From assembly GCA_963675745.2 (NCBI GenBank), contig CAXXWX010000006.1, positions 226,183-290,182 of the forward strand: 64,000 nucleotides of DNA. The letters run 5' to 3'. Below the pieces are notes generated by a model that was not told the origin of the DNA, ran no database searches, and saw only the letters and a list, made by a program, of their open reading frames with translations. The number at the start of each line of letters is the position of its first letter. The first letter of the stretch is position 1. Position numbers and translations under genes: made by a program. The DNA comes from Phycisphaerae bacterium. Its GTDB lineage: Bacteria > Planctomycetota > Phycisphaerae > UBA1845 > Fen-1342. Positions 32,706 to 42,231 of this stretch are shown here, in pieces.

Positions 32706-33485
32706 ATGGCTGATGTTCGCGTGATGATTCTGCGGGCCGCCGGCACCAATTGTGACGGCGAAACCCGCTATGCCTGGGAGACCGCGGGAGCGGGCGCCGA
32801 AATCGTGCACGTGCGTCGGTTGATCGAATCCCCGAAGCTGCTCGACGGCTTCCAGGTGCTGACGTTGCCAGGCGGCTTCAGTTATGGAGACGACATCGCC
32901 GCGGGCCGGATATTCGCGCGACAGATCGAGCGGCATCTGCTTGAACGCGTGCGCGAGTTCGTCGAGCGCGGCGGTCTGGTGCTCGGCATCTGCAACGGCT
33001 TCCAGGTCTTGGTACGTTGCGGCCTGCTGCCCGCCGCCCCCGCCGACGGAAACCGCGCGTGCTCAATCACACACAATAGCCCGCCCGGTTTTCAAGATCG
33101 CTGGGTCTGGCTGGAGGCCGGTGACGGCCCGTGCGTGTTCCTCGAGGGCGGCCGGCGCTATGAAATGCCGATCGCGCATGGCGAAGGGCGTGTGGTGTTC
33201 GCGGATGACCAGGGCGATGGCGGCGTGTCGACAAGCGCGCACGATGCCCTGCGTTACATCGCGCCGCCGGACGGCTCGACCTCCGCTGGGTTACCGGCGA
33301 ACCCAAACGGCAGCGCGCGTGACATCGCCGGGCTGTGTGACATCACCGGGCGCGTGCTCGGGCTGATGCCGCATCCGGAGCGCTTCATTACCTGGACACA
33401 ACATCCGGCATGGACCTCGCGCCCGCGGCGCGATGCGGGTGACGGCCTGGCGCTATTCCAACGAGCGGTGGACTACTTTGCGTAG
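32706..33485 (+). CDS. purQ: Phosphoribosylformylglycinamidine synthase glutaminase subunit
   Basis: GTNCD, PGGFSYGD, GICNGFQ, PIAHGEG, NPNGS, GLMPHPER. Confidence 0.95.
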   Translation: MADVRVMILRAAGTNCDGETRYAWETAGAGAEIVHVRRLIESPKLLDGFQVLTLPGGFSYGDDIAAGRIFARQIERHLLERVREFVERGGLVLGICNGFQVLVRCGLLPAAPADGNRACSITHNSPPGFQDRWVWLEAGDGPCVFLEGGRRYEMPIAHGEGRVVFADDQGDGGVSTSAHDALRYIAPPDGSTSAGLPANPNGSARDIAGLCDITGRVLGLMPHPERFITWTQHPAWTSRPRRDAGDGLALFQRAVDYFA

Positions 33486-33494
33486 TGGTATGGC

Positions 33495-34640
33495 ATGATG
33501 ACGGGAACAGGGAACGGGGAACAGGGAACGGGTGACCAGGCGTTGTGCTGGCTCAGCGCGCTGGCCGGTGTTCCGCTACTGGCGCTGTTGTGTGGCTGCC
33601 CGCCGCGCGAGACATTCTCCCCGCCGGGGAGCCTGGCGGATTTTAATGTGGGCGTGCCTGTGCCGATTGAGATCGCCGGCGACCCGGTGTACCACGACGA
33701 GCCCTTGTTCGAGAGCATACCCGGCAAGGCGGGCAGCCATGCGGCCACGATCACCGCGCTGCCGGATGGAGAGCTGTTGGCGGCGTGGTACTCCTACGAT
33801 GGACCACATGAGCTGGACGGGGCCGCCATCTACCACGCGCGTCGCCCCGCCGGCGGCGCAACGTGGTCTCTGCCGCAGCTTCTTGTGGATCGCCCCGAGG
33901 CTGACGGCAACCCGGTGTTGTACAGTGAGGGAGAACACGTCTGGCTGTTTCAATCCGTCGTGCCCTTCGGCTGGAGCACCGCCCACATCGAGGTGCAAAC
34001 CTCCGAGGATCGCGGCTACACATGGTCAAACCCGCGCGTGATCACGGGGCCGATCGGTACCAACACGCGCTATCCGCCTATCCGCCGCGCTGATGGTGGG
34101 CTGCTCCTGCCGGCCTATGACGATCTGCTGACCAGCTCGCACTTCTTCGAGTCTCACGATGGTCAGAGCTGGCGGCTGCTGTCGACCGTCACATCCCCGC
34201 TGCCCGCACAGATCATTCAGCCTTCGGTGGTGGAGCTAAGCGACCAGAGCCTGGTCTCGGTGATGCGCGGCACGGCGGGCTGGTTGTGGGTCACGCGGTC
34301 ATCCGACGGTGGCGACACCTGGACGGCCGCGCGTGACAGCGGTTTTCCAAATCCCGGCAGCTCGTCGCAGATTCTGCGTCTGGCCAGTGGTAACCTGCTG
34401 CTGGTCTTCAACGACGACACCACGTTTCGCAAGGAGCTGACTGTAGCGCTATCGGCCGACGACGGATACAGTTGGTCCCACCAGCGTCAGTTCATCCAGA
34501 GTGAGTCGGACGTCATCTACCCGTCGGCCGTACAGTCGGCGGACGGCCTGATCCACATCGTGTACTCGTATGGCCGCGACCAGATTCACCACACGACGTT
34601 CAATGAGGCGTGGATTGTCGCTGGCGAGCAATCGGAGTGA
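33495..34640 (+). CDS. BNR-repeat sialidase-family lipoprotein (start uncertain)
   Basis: Lipobox-like LLCGC; Asp-boxes SEDRGYTWS, SHDGQSW, SSDGGDTWT, SADDGYSWS; YPS...DGLIHIVYS. Confidence 0.8.
   Translation: MMTGTGNGEQGTGDQALCWLSALAGVPLLALLCGCPPRETFSPPGSLADFNVGVPVPIEIAGDPVYHDEPLFESIPGKAGSHAATITALPDGELLAAWYSYDGPHELDGAAIYHARRPAGGATWSLPQLLVDRPEADGNPVLYSEGEHVWLFQSVVPFGWSTAHIEVQTSEDRGYTWSNPRVITGPIGTNTRYPPIRRADGGLLLPAYDDLLTSSHFFESHDGQSWRLLSTVTSPLPAQIIQPSVVELSDQSLVSVMRGTAGWLWVTRSSDGGDTWTAARDSGFPNPGSSSQILRLASGNLLLVFNDDTTFRKELTVALSADDGYSWSHQRQFIQSESDVIYPSAVQSADGLIHIVYSYGRDQIHHTTFNEAWIVAGEQSE
33502..33531 (+). repeat. GGGAAC(A/G) heptamer tandem array
   Basis: GGGAACA GGGAACG GGGAACA GGGAACG GG. 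Confidence 0.75.
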
Positions 34641-34777
34641 TACGCGCCGCCGGTCATTTGGCCGGGCGAGTGCCGTCTCAACCAACGAAGTTCTGCGAAT
34701 CGCTCGACGCTTCCGCGTGGAGGGCAAAGGCCGGCGCCGCGCCGGCCGCCGAGCGTCTAAAACGCCGTTTAACGCCG

Positions 34778-34803
34778 ACGGCCTGCGAGGCGCAGGCCGT
34801 TAC
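34778..34803. repeat. REP-like hairpin (compensatory variant)
   Basis: ACGGCCTGCG-AGG-CGCAGGCCGT-TAC; exact reverse complement at 61486-61511. Confidence 0.75.
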
Positions 34804-34992
34804 AGCGCTGTACGCACGAAACAGCCGAGCTGGAAACTGCGTTTCGTTCCTTCGCGATGATGGGCTCGTCCCGCGCAAAGAAGACGACGCCAGCGACGGC
34901 AATTGTCGCTGGCGTCTTGAGGGCCGAGGAATCTGATCTGGCATCAGCGGGGCCGTGGTGCTTTACGCGCCCGCTATCGAATGCCCGTTTGT

Positions 34993-35178
34993 TTAACCCG
35001 GTACGGCTTGGTCAATGCTGTCATAAATGCCCTGCATGCTGCGGCCAATTCCGGCGACCGTGCCCATGGCGACAAGTACCAGTAGGGCGAGCAGGATTGC
35101 GTATTCGGTCGCTGATACACCCGCATCCTCCAGGGCAAATCGACGCCACCACGTGGCGCTGCCCGAGGTTCCGCGCAT
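34993..35178 (-). CDS. Flp/Fap type IVb pilin
   Basis: RFALEDAG-VSATEYAILLALL Flp motif (G cleavage site, then EY) followed by hydrophobic helix. Confidence 0.85.
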   Translation of the reverse strand: MRGTSGSATWWRRFALEDAGVSATEYAILLALLVLVAMGTVAGIGRSMQGIYDSIDQAVPG

Positions 35179-35446
35179 TGTCACACCTGTCCTTGCGTGG
35201 CCGCGTGTCCCATTCATACCAAGTGTGGTAAGTAAACGACGCTAACGGCAAATCAACGTCGGCTTCAGATCGCGCATTTGCCACGCGCAGGCCTTATCGG
35301 TCACGAGAAAGCCAGACGGACCCGCCACCCTGCGGTTGCCGGCCGTCACGCCGCATTTGCACACCGGCGGCATCCGACTACAATTGCCCGACTTGGCCGC
35401 GAACGCGGCACAGCTATTGTCACTGGCAAACCCAGGGAGCGTCGTC

Positions 35447-36496
35447 TTGGCATTGAATATCGGCGTTGCGGGCTACGGCGCGATGGGCCGTTGGCACACG
35501 GAGGCGATTCAGCGCACGCCCGGGCTTGGCCTGCGCAGCGTGTTCGATATTACGCCCGCCTGTCGGCGCGACGCCGCCAAGCGCTATGGTTGTGCCGTCC
35601 ATGATGAGCTTGGTTCCTTCATCGCCGACGAACGGCTCGATGCCGTCGTCGTGGCCACGCCGTCACACGCGCACGTGGAACCCACGCTGGCGGCGCTGCG
35701 GTCCGGTAAGCACGTCATGTGCGAGAAGCCGCTGGTGCGCAGCGAACGCGAGGCCAAGCGGCTTTTTGCGGCGGCTGAGAAAGCCGGCCGCTGCCTGATG
35801 ACCTTTCAGAATCGACGCTTCGACGGCCCGTATCTCACGACGCGCAAGGCCCTCGCCGCGGGCGGGCTCGGCGAGTTGCAGGATATTCGTTTCACCGAGT
35901 GGTGGTACACCGACGCCATGCGGACCTTCGGCGTCAAGCACTATCGCCCCGCTTGGCGCACAGAGGCCGCCTACGGCGGCGGTGCGCTGTACGACTTCGG
36001 CCCGCACTTCGTCGATCAACTTCTGCTTTTAGCGCCCAATCCGGTCGAGAGCGTGTACGCCATCCTGAATCACCGGCGCTGGACGACCGATGCGGACGAC
36101 CAGTTCATCCTGACGCTGCGGTTCGCCGGCGGATTGGTGGCCACCGTCGAAGCGGCTCTTGCCGCGCAGACCGGATTGTCCGTGACCTGGGCCGTTAACG
36201 GCGCGACCGGCGGCTATCGCTTTGTGGATGATCAGGGCCGGCTGTCCACGCGCAGCGCGAGTGGCAAAGAGCGCGTGCGCATGCTTCGACGCGAGAAGGA
36301 CAACTGGGACGTGTTGTATCGCAACTTCCGAGACGTGATCCGCGCCAAGGCCGAGCCGCTGGTAAAACCTCGTGAGACGCTGCGGCTGATGCGTGTATTG
36401 GACGCCGCGCGGCGCTCGGCCGAGTCCGGTCGCGTCATCGCGATCAAGGATGAGTATGCGGCCACACCGCCTCGTGGCGGCGGCCGCCGCAAGTAG
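35447..36496 (+). CDS. Gfo/Idh/MocA family oxidoreductase
   Basis: IGVAGYGAMG, VVVATP, GKHVMCEKP, FQNRRFD, GGGALYDFGPH. Confidence 0.9.
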   Translation: MALNIGVAGYGAMGRWHTEAIQRTPGLGLRSVFDITPACRRDAAKRYGCAVHDELGSFIADERLDAVVVATPSHAHVEPTLAALRSGKHVMCEKPLVRSEREAKRLFAAAEKAGRCLMTFQNRRFDGPYLTTRKALAAGGLGELQDIRFTEWWYTDAMRTFGVKHYRPAWRTEAAYGGGALYDFGPHFVDQLLLLAPNPVESVYAILNHRRWTTDADDQFILTLRFAGGLVATVEAALAAQTGLSVTWAVNGATGGYRFVDDQGRLSTRSASGKERVRMLRREKDNWDVLYRNFRDVIRAKAEPLVKPRETLRLMRVLDAARRSAESGRVIAIKDEYAATPPRGGGRRK

Positions 36497-36502
36497 GAGA
36501 TC

Positions 36503-38668
36503 ATGGAAACCCGTCGACTCATAGTTGCGATGATCGCCGCCCTGACGGTGTTCTTCGCGTATAACTTCGTCCGCGCCCGGTTCTTTCCACCCAAACCGGT
36601 GCAGCCGACGGCGGCGGCGCCCCAGCCCGCGGCGCCGATCCCGGCCGTCAGTGCAACTCAGCCGGCATCAGGACCGACCACCAATGCCGTTGCTCTGGGG
36701 CCCGAGTACGTATTCACGCAGGGCCCGAGCGTGGACAACGTCACGCTGGGCGGCGGTCCGCGCGACAAGCTCACCGCGACCTTGTCGCCCGTCGGGGCGG
36801 CCATGGAGAGTCTGTGTCTGACCGAGCGGGTCAAGCCGGAGGCGACAGCCCGGTATCGCTATCGCGCCGCGCCCCGCAAGCCCGAGCCATACCAGTTGCT
36901 CTATTCCGTCGAAGACCCGGTCTTACGGCGGACCAGGCGCTCATACGAGACCCCCCGCATCTGGATCGGCGACCAGCCACGCTCGCTGGAGAGCCTCACG
37001 TGGCGGATGTTGCCGAGCGACCCGGAGAGCCCGGATCAGAAGGTCGCGTTCCAGACCACGCTCCAGGCCGCCGAAGATCCCGGCGCCGCCGTGTTGCGCA
37101 TAACCAAGACGTATACGCTGATACCCGATCAGCCGCTGATCGACCTGTCGCTGGAAGTCGAGAACCTCGGCGAAAGCCCGATTGCCGTGGCCCTGGAACA
37201 GGATGGCCCGCTCGGAATTCCGCGCGAGCAGATGCAGTACGACATGCGGCGGTTGATGACGGCGTTCGACGATGGTGAAGTGGTTACGCTGGCCCACGTC
37301 AAAACTCGCGCCAACCTCGCCGTCGGGGAGCCGGTGAAACTCCCGCCCAAAACGAGTACACAGCGCTTCATGTGGGCACTGCTATCGAACCGGTACTTCG
37401 GCGTCTTCACCAGACCTCTGCCCGAGGAAGGTGAGTCGCAGCAGACATTTGTCTTGTCGGTGTCCGGCACCGTCGTTGTACCCGGCCCCGCGGACCACAC
37501 AGGTGATGGCGACCTCATCTCACAGATTGTCACAACGGCGCTGATGATCAACCCGCGTGACGCGAAGCGAATCTCTTTTGAGATCTACGCCGGATCAAAG
37601 AACGCGGACGACCTTGCACTGGTGAACCCGGCTTATGCCGACGAAACCAAGCTCGGCTATGGCATCGCCCAGTTCGCCGACCGCACGTGCATGTGTACCT
37701 TCGGCTGGCTCACCCAGGGGATGTCGTGGCTGCTGCACGGAATCCACGCGGTGGTGCGCAACTACGGCGTGGCCATCATCATTCTGGTCATCATCATCCG
37801 CACGTTGCTGCATCCGCTGACCGTCTTTCAGCAGAAGTCGATGTTCCGCACCCAGGAAGGCATGTCGCGAATCCAGCCCAAGATGCAGGCCATCAAGGAG
37901 AAATACGCCAACGACAAGGCCAAACAGAACCAGGAGACCATGAAGCTCTTCAGCGAGGAAGGCGTCAACCCGATGGCGAGCTTCGTTTCCATGATCCCGA
38001 TGTTCATCCAGATGCCCATCCTGGTGGCGATGTGGATCTCGCTCAACGGCGACGTGGCCCTGCGCCATCAGCCGTTTGTCTTTTGGATGAGGGATCTATC
38101 CTCGCCGGACGCGCTGATAACCTTCGGCGGTGCGGGCTTCACCATTCCCATCCTCGGGCAGATTCTGCCCTCGTGGTTTGCGCACATACCGATGCTCAAC
38201 GTGTTGCCGATTCTGATGGGCGTCAGCATGTACGTGCAGCAGAAGTACATGCCCAAGCCCGGCCAACAGGCCCGCCGTGATCAGGCCCGCAAGAGCGCAG
38301 AGTCTGGCGGCAATGTCTCGCAGTTCGAAGCCCAGATGAAGCAGCAGCACATGATCGCGGTCATGATGAGCTTCATGTTCCCGCTGTTCTTTTACTACAT
38401 GCCATCGGGGCTCAATCTGTATTGGATGTCGACGAACGTGTTCGGCATTTTTGAAACGCTGGTGATCCGGCGACAGCTCGAAGCCGAGAAACAGCGGAAG
38501 AAGGACAAACCGCCACCAGACAAGCCGCGGAAGAAAGGGCCCCTCGCGCGTTTCTTCAGCCACCTAGCCGAGCAGGCTGAGGAGATTCAGAAGAAGGCCG
38601 ATCAGGCCACCAAGCTCGAATCCGGCCGCAAAGGCAAGGATGGCAAGGATGGCAAGAAGGGCAAGTGA
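36503..38668 (+). CDS. yidC: Membrane protein insertase YidC
   Basis: N-terminal TM, large periplasmic domain, NYGVAIIIL, QPKMQAIKEKY, GVNP, QMPI, PSGLNLYW. Confidence 0.93.
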   Translation: METRRLIVAMIAALTVFFAYNFVRARFFPPKPVQPTAAAPQPAAPIPAVSATQPASGPTTNAVALGPEYVFTQGPSVDNVTLGGGPRDKLTATLSPVGAAMESLCLTERVKPEATARYRYRAAPRKPEPYQLLYSVEDPVLRRTRRSYETPRIWIGDQPRSLESLTWRMLPSDPESPDQKVAFQTTLQAAEDPGAAVLRITKTYTLIPDQPLIDLSLEVENLGESPIAVALEQDGPLGIPREQMQYDMRRLMTAFDDGEVVTLAHVKTRANLAVGEPVKLPPKTSTQRFMWALLSNRYFGVFTRPLPEEGESQQTFVLSVSGTVVVPGPADHTGDGDLISQIVTTALMINPRDAKRISFEIYAGSKNADDLALVNPAYADETKLGYGIAQFADRTCMCTFGWLTQGMSWLLHGIHAVVRNYGVAIIILVIIIRTLLHPLTVFQQKSMFRTQEGMSRIQPKMQAIKEKYANDKAKQNQETMKLFSEEGVNPMASFVSMIPMFIQMPILVAMWISLNGDVALRHQPFVFWMRDLSSPDALITFGGAGFTIPILGQILPSWFAHIPMLNVLPILMGVSMYVQQKYMPKPGQQARRDQARKSAESGGNVSQFEAQMKQQHMIAVMMSFMFPLFFYYMPSGLNLYWMSTNVFGIFETLVIRRQLEAEKQRKKDKPPPDKPRKKGPLARFFSHLAEQAEEIQKKADQATKLESGRKGKDGKDGKKGK

Positions 38669-39495
38669 ACGGCACCGCCAACGAAACGCGTAGCAACACC
38701 GACCTGTCGGCTCTCCGTGTGCTGGCCGCGCGCGCCGCGCGCGCTGGCGGCCGGATCGCCCGGGAGCGCCACGCCGGCACGCTTGATGCGCGCCTCAAGC
38801 CTGACCGCAGTGAGGTCACTGACGCGGACGAGGCTGCCCAGGCGGCGGTGATCGCGGTCATACACGAGGCGCGCCCGGATGACGCGGTGATCGCAGAAGA
38901 GCAGCTCGCGCTCGAGCCAGCGCTGCCGCCCCCGTCGAACAGCAGCCCCTGCTGGGTCATCGACCCAATCGACGGCACGCGCAACTACGTCCGGCGAATG
39001 GGCGATTACTGCACGAGTGTGGGCGTGCTGCTGGAAGGTGTGCCGGTGGCGGGGGCTATTTATGACCCGCAGCGCGACGTGCTCTATTCTGCGTGCGCCG
39101 GCGGGACGCTATTGCGCAATGATCAGACCCTGCCGGCGGCCGACGGCGACGCGCCGCCAAACCGCAGCCTGGTCGTGGGGATTCCAAGCACCGCCGCCGG
39201 TCCGGTGCGCGACTACGTGCTAGACTGGTTTGACCGCTGCATCACGCGCAATTTCGGATCAACGGCGATCCACCTCGCGCTGGTCGCCACCGGCCAGCTC
39301 GACGGGGCCATCGCCGACAATCCAAAACTCTGGGACCTGGCCGCCGGTTGGGTGCTGATCACGGCGGTTGGCGGGCAAGTGACCGGCCCGGACGGCGCAG
39401 CCTTGTTCCCGATCGATGTTGGCGCATACCGGTGCGAGGAGATGCCCCTGGTCGCCACACATCGCAGAGCCGGCCAGCGCCTCAGACACCTCTGA
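38665..39495 (+). CDS. Inositol monophosphatase family protein
   Basis: VTDADEAAQ, IAEE, WVIDPIDGTRNY, WDLAAG. Confidence 0.9.
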   Translation: MNGTANETRSNTDLSALRVLAARAARAGGRIARERHAGTLDARLKPDRSEVTDADEAAQAAVIAVIHEARPDDAVIAEEQLALEPALPPPSNSSPCWVIDPIDGTRNYVRRMGDYCTSVGVLLEGVPVAGAIYDPQRDVLYSACAGGTLLRNDQTLPAADGDAPPNRSLVVGIPSTAAGPVRDYVLDWFDRCITRNFGSTAIHLALVATGQLDGAIADNPKLWDLAAGWVLITAVGGQVTGPDGAALFPIDVGAYRCEEMPLVATHRRAGQRLRHL

Positions 39496-39507
39496 ATGCC
39501 GTCGTCC

Positions 39508-39557
39508 TGTTCCCCGTTCCCTGTTCCCCGCTCCCTGTTCCCCGTTCCCCGTTCCCT
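39508..39557 (-). repeat. GGGAAC(A/G) heptamer tandem array
   Basis: About seven GTTCCC(C/T)-type units on + strand. Confidence 0.8.
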
Positions 39558-39597
39558 AAACAAAGACCCCCGACGCGTTGAGCAGACGCGTCGGGGG
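39558..39597 (-). terminator. Intrinsic terminator of PEP-CTERM gene A
   Basis: Minus strand CCCCCGACGCGT-CTGCTCA-ACGCGTCGGGGG-TCTTTGTTT. Confidence 0.85.
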
Positions 39598-39653
39598 ATT
39601 GTGAGCAGTCAGGGTTGCCAGGCGGCACGTCCCGGCAGTCTTTTGAGAATCGA

Positions 39654-40526
39654 CTAGCGACGGCGAATCAACGTCGCCAGCGGGAGCAGCAGCAACAGCG
39701 TGCTGGGCTCCGGCACTCCGCTCAGACGGAACGCCATATCGACTGAATCCCAGCCCGCCGGCAGCAGACCTTCATAAATGTCGGTGCCATAAGGAATGCC
39801 ATTGGGGTCAAGGTTGTTGTTGTAACCCCAATGCGCCCACGGAGCGAAGCCGAAGGTGTCGGATTGGAACGCCGCGTCGTCGCCCCAGTTCAGGCCATAG
39901 TTACGGAATCCCCAATAGAAGTAATCGCCGTAGCCATCGTCGACCATGACGCCCTGGATGCTGAGCCAGAGCACCTGCTCCGTCAGACCCTGGTCAAACC
40001 ACTGATCTTGAGGCAGGTTGATCTTGTACCCTGAGGTGAAGTCAACGCCGTTCGTGTGGTAGAAGTCGATCGCCTGCCAACCGATGCCGTTCTGGTCTGC
40101 CGGTTCCACGTCGTACTGGTACAGCAACGTGCCGGGCATGCTCTCGCTGACGCCCGGCACCGCCGGCACGTCGGTGTAGAACGAAACGCGGATCTTGTCC
40201 AGGTATGTATCACCGTAGTACGAGAACCCGGGGAACTCGATGTCGGTGATGAACTGCTCGCTGGGCAGTCCGCTGCACAGGAAGTCGTCAACTGTCTGGG
40301 CATCACTGGGCGTGTCGTTGTCGATCCAGCTTGCGGCTGAATTACCACTGAGATCAAACTCGCCCTGCTCCCACTTGATATCGTGGGGCCAGTCTCTCGG
40401 CTGTGGCGACGTCCCGAAGGCGCTGTTCTGCGCAAACATGCCTTGCGGCACGGCGCCGGGTGGTCCTGCCAAGGCGGGCGCTGCCACCACGGCCAAGACC
40501 AATGACATTAAAGCCAATCTCCTCAT
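39654..40526 (-). CDS. PEP-CTERM sorting domain protein A
   Basis: GGAGGAG RBS; signal peptide MRRLALMSLVLAVVAAPALA; C-terminal VPEPSTLLLLLPLATLIRRR. Confidence 0.92.
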   Translation of the reverse strand: MRRLALMSLVLAVVAAPALAGPPGAVPQGMFAQNSAFGTSPQPRDWPHDIKWEQGEFDLSGNSAASWIDNDTPSDAQTVDDFLCSGLPSEQFITDIEFPGFSYYGDTYLDKIRVSFYTDVPAVPGVSESMPGTLLYQYDVEPADQNGIGWQAIDFYHTNGVDFTSGYKINLPQDQWFDQGLTEQVLWLSIQGVMVDDGYGDYFYWGFRNYGLNWGDDAAFQSDTFGFAPWAHWGYNNNLDPNGIPYGTDIYEGLLPAGWDSVDMAFRLSGVPEPSTLLLLLPLATLIRRR

Positions 40527-40676
40527 CACGTTCTCCTCCATCTGACTGTGGTGGGATGCGGGCTTTGCGCCGACAGTGGAATGTCGTGTGTCATTCCCTG
40601 TACGGCTGCGTTAGCCCCCAGCCCAGACCCTCTCCCGAAGCACACGACCGTGCGAGAACGCCCCGCAGATTTTCAG

Positions 40677-40903
40677 GCTCGCGGCTTCGCCTCTTCACCT
40701 CTCTACTACAGCGCGCCCATGTCCCTGAAACCAAACCCGCGACCACCACTTGGTCGTCGCGATCTACACAGCCTCCATTTGGCCAACGGCAATAGCGACC
40801 CGATCGCGCAGGCGCGCCTCCTCTCCGTACGTCCAGCATCCCTGGTTTATGCGATCACGCCGATATGGAATTGGCCCCATGGAAGGCATCCACCACCTCC
40901 TCC
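40677..40903 (-). ncRNA. Candidate structured 5' leader RNA, copy A
   Basis: Colinear homology with 41989-42213 and conserved hairpins with compensatory changes; lies between a sigma70 promoter and a PEP-CTERM gene. Confidence 0.55.
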
Positions 40904-40924
40904 CACTCTATGCCCATAAGCACG

Positions 40925-40954
40925 ATGATAGGCCTGCGTAGGCCGAAATGTCAA
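40925..40954 (-). promoter_or_regulatory. Sigma70 promoter TTGACA-N18-TATCAT
   Basis: Consensus -35 preceded by an A-tract; positionally conserved with 42232-42261. Confidence 0.7.
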
Positions 40955-41037
40955 GATTTTTTCAGCCGCCACGAAGTGTCGACAATATACGGGACATCGT
41001 GCAGAATTGCCCACGAAGTCCATCGCCAATTCGCGCT

Positions 41038-41074
41038 CCGTTCCCCGTTCCCCGTTCCCCGTTCCCTGTTCCCT
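41038..41074 (-). repeat. GGGAAC(A/G) heptamer tandem array
   Basis: About five GTTCCC(C/T) units. Confidence 0.8.
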
Positions 41075-41116
41075 AAAAAAAGGACCCCCGACGCGTTGAG
41101 CAGACGCGTCAGGGGG
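41075..41116 (-). terminator. Intrinsic terminator of PEP-CTERM gene B
   Basis: Near-identical to 39558-39597; minus strand stem followed by TCCTTTTTTT. Confidence 0.85.
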
Positions 41117-41169
41117 TTGTGAGCAGTCAGGGTTGCCAGGCGGCACTTCCTGGCAATTCTATTAAGAGT

Positions 41170-41916
41170 CTAGCGACGGCGAATCAGCGCCGCGCCGAGA
41201 ACCAGCAGCAAGAACGAGGCCGGCTCGGGAACCAACTCATACTCCCAGAACAGGGCCATTTCGTTGTAGTCGAACCCACCAATGTCCGCACCACCAAGGC
41301 CTATGACGCCAACACCGCCGAGTTCGTTGGTCGCGTACGGGCCTTCGAGCGTAAGGGGGAATGTGCCGAGCAAGCCGGTGCTGTCCCAGGCGGCCTGGCC
41401 ACTCTGCAGCACGTTAATGCCGGTGAACCCGGTCAGATCCGGCGCGAGCGTGTCGACGCCGGCTCCCTGAATGCCCACGTCCATTCGCCAACTGTTGTAC
41501 ACGACGCCATTCGGGCTGAGCGCACCGACCGGCACCCACGGACTGCCGTCGACAGTGTAGATGTTGGCCTGCACAAAATAGGTGTTCGGGGCGGTCATGG
41601 TTTCGGTGAACGCAATCTCCATATCTGCAGCGGTTATCAGATTCGCGCCGTTGTCCGTCGAGGTGCCGGCCACAAACTGGAAGTTGTCCGGATAGTCGTC
41701 GAGCCAAAACGCGTTGATCCCATCCTGCACCATGGCAACCGCGTCAAACGTGTCACCCTCAACCGAGCGACCCACATTGCCGGACATCTCCGAGGCGCGG
41801 ACCAGTGCCGCCGGTGGCGCAATCCCGTCGCCCATATCCTGTGCCGTGAGTGGCGGGAGCGCCAACGCCTGCGTGGCGATGGTGAGCACGCCAACCAATA
41901 CGAGTGCTTTCCTCAT
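41170..41916 (-). CDS. PEP-CTERM sorting domain protein B
   Basis: AGGAG RBS; signal peptide MRKALVLVGVLTIATQALA; C-terminal VPEPASFLLLVLGAALIRRR. Confidence 0.92.
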   Translation of the reverse strand: MRKALVLVGVLTIATQALALPPLTAQDMGDGIAPPAALVRASEMSGNVGRSVEGDTFDAVAMVQDGINAFWLDDYPDNFQFVAGTSTDNGANLITAADMEIAFTETMTAPNTYFVQANIYTVDGSPWVPVGALSPNGVVYNSWRMDVGIQGAGVDTLAPDLTGFTGINVLQSGQAAWDSTGLLGTFPLTLEGPYATNELGGVGVIGLGGADIGGFDYNEMALFWEYELVPEPASFLLLVLGAALIRRR

Positions 41917-41988
41917 CTCCTACTCCTCTTTCTCCATAATGTGAACCCTCGAGCCGCGCCGCGGGACCATCCCGCGTTTTCTTCCCGA

Positions 41989-42213
41989 GCTCGTGGCTTC
42001 GCTGTTTCTCCACGCAGCGCACCGCACCTGGGCCGAACAGCAAAACCACGGCACCCTCCTCGGTGCCATGATCCAGACGTCCTCCATTCGACCAACGGCA
42101 GTAGCGGTCCGGCCGCGCCGGCGCGCCTCCTTTCTGCACGTCCAGATTTCCTGGTCTGTGCGATCTAGCCCACGTGGAATTGGACAATGGGAAGGGACGT
42201 CCCTTCCTCCTCC
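41989..42213 (-). ncRNA. Candidate structured 5' leader RNA, copy B
   Basis: Homologous to 40677-40903 with covarying stems. Confidence 0.55.
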
Positions 42214-42231
42214 GCTTCAACTACAAACTCG

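Noticed and set aside
38630..38665. GGCAAGGAT 9-bp tandem repeat
   Set aside because: Simply encodes the GKDGKDGKK low-complexity tail of YidC.
40591..40839. Conserved leader peptide (LDVRRGGAPARSGRYCRW versus LDVQKGGAPARPDRYCRW) with several synonymous changes
   Set aside because: No shared start codon (ATG versus AAT), an upstream TGA in one copy and unrelated stops. RNA structure explains the conservation better, though the peptide is not fully excluded.
40763..40890. 41-aa uORF MPSMGPIPY... after a GGAGG in leader A
   Set aside because: Copy B lacks the ATG and its differences in this frame are mostly non-synonymous.
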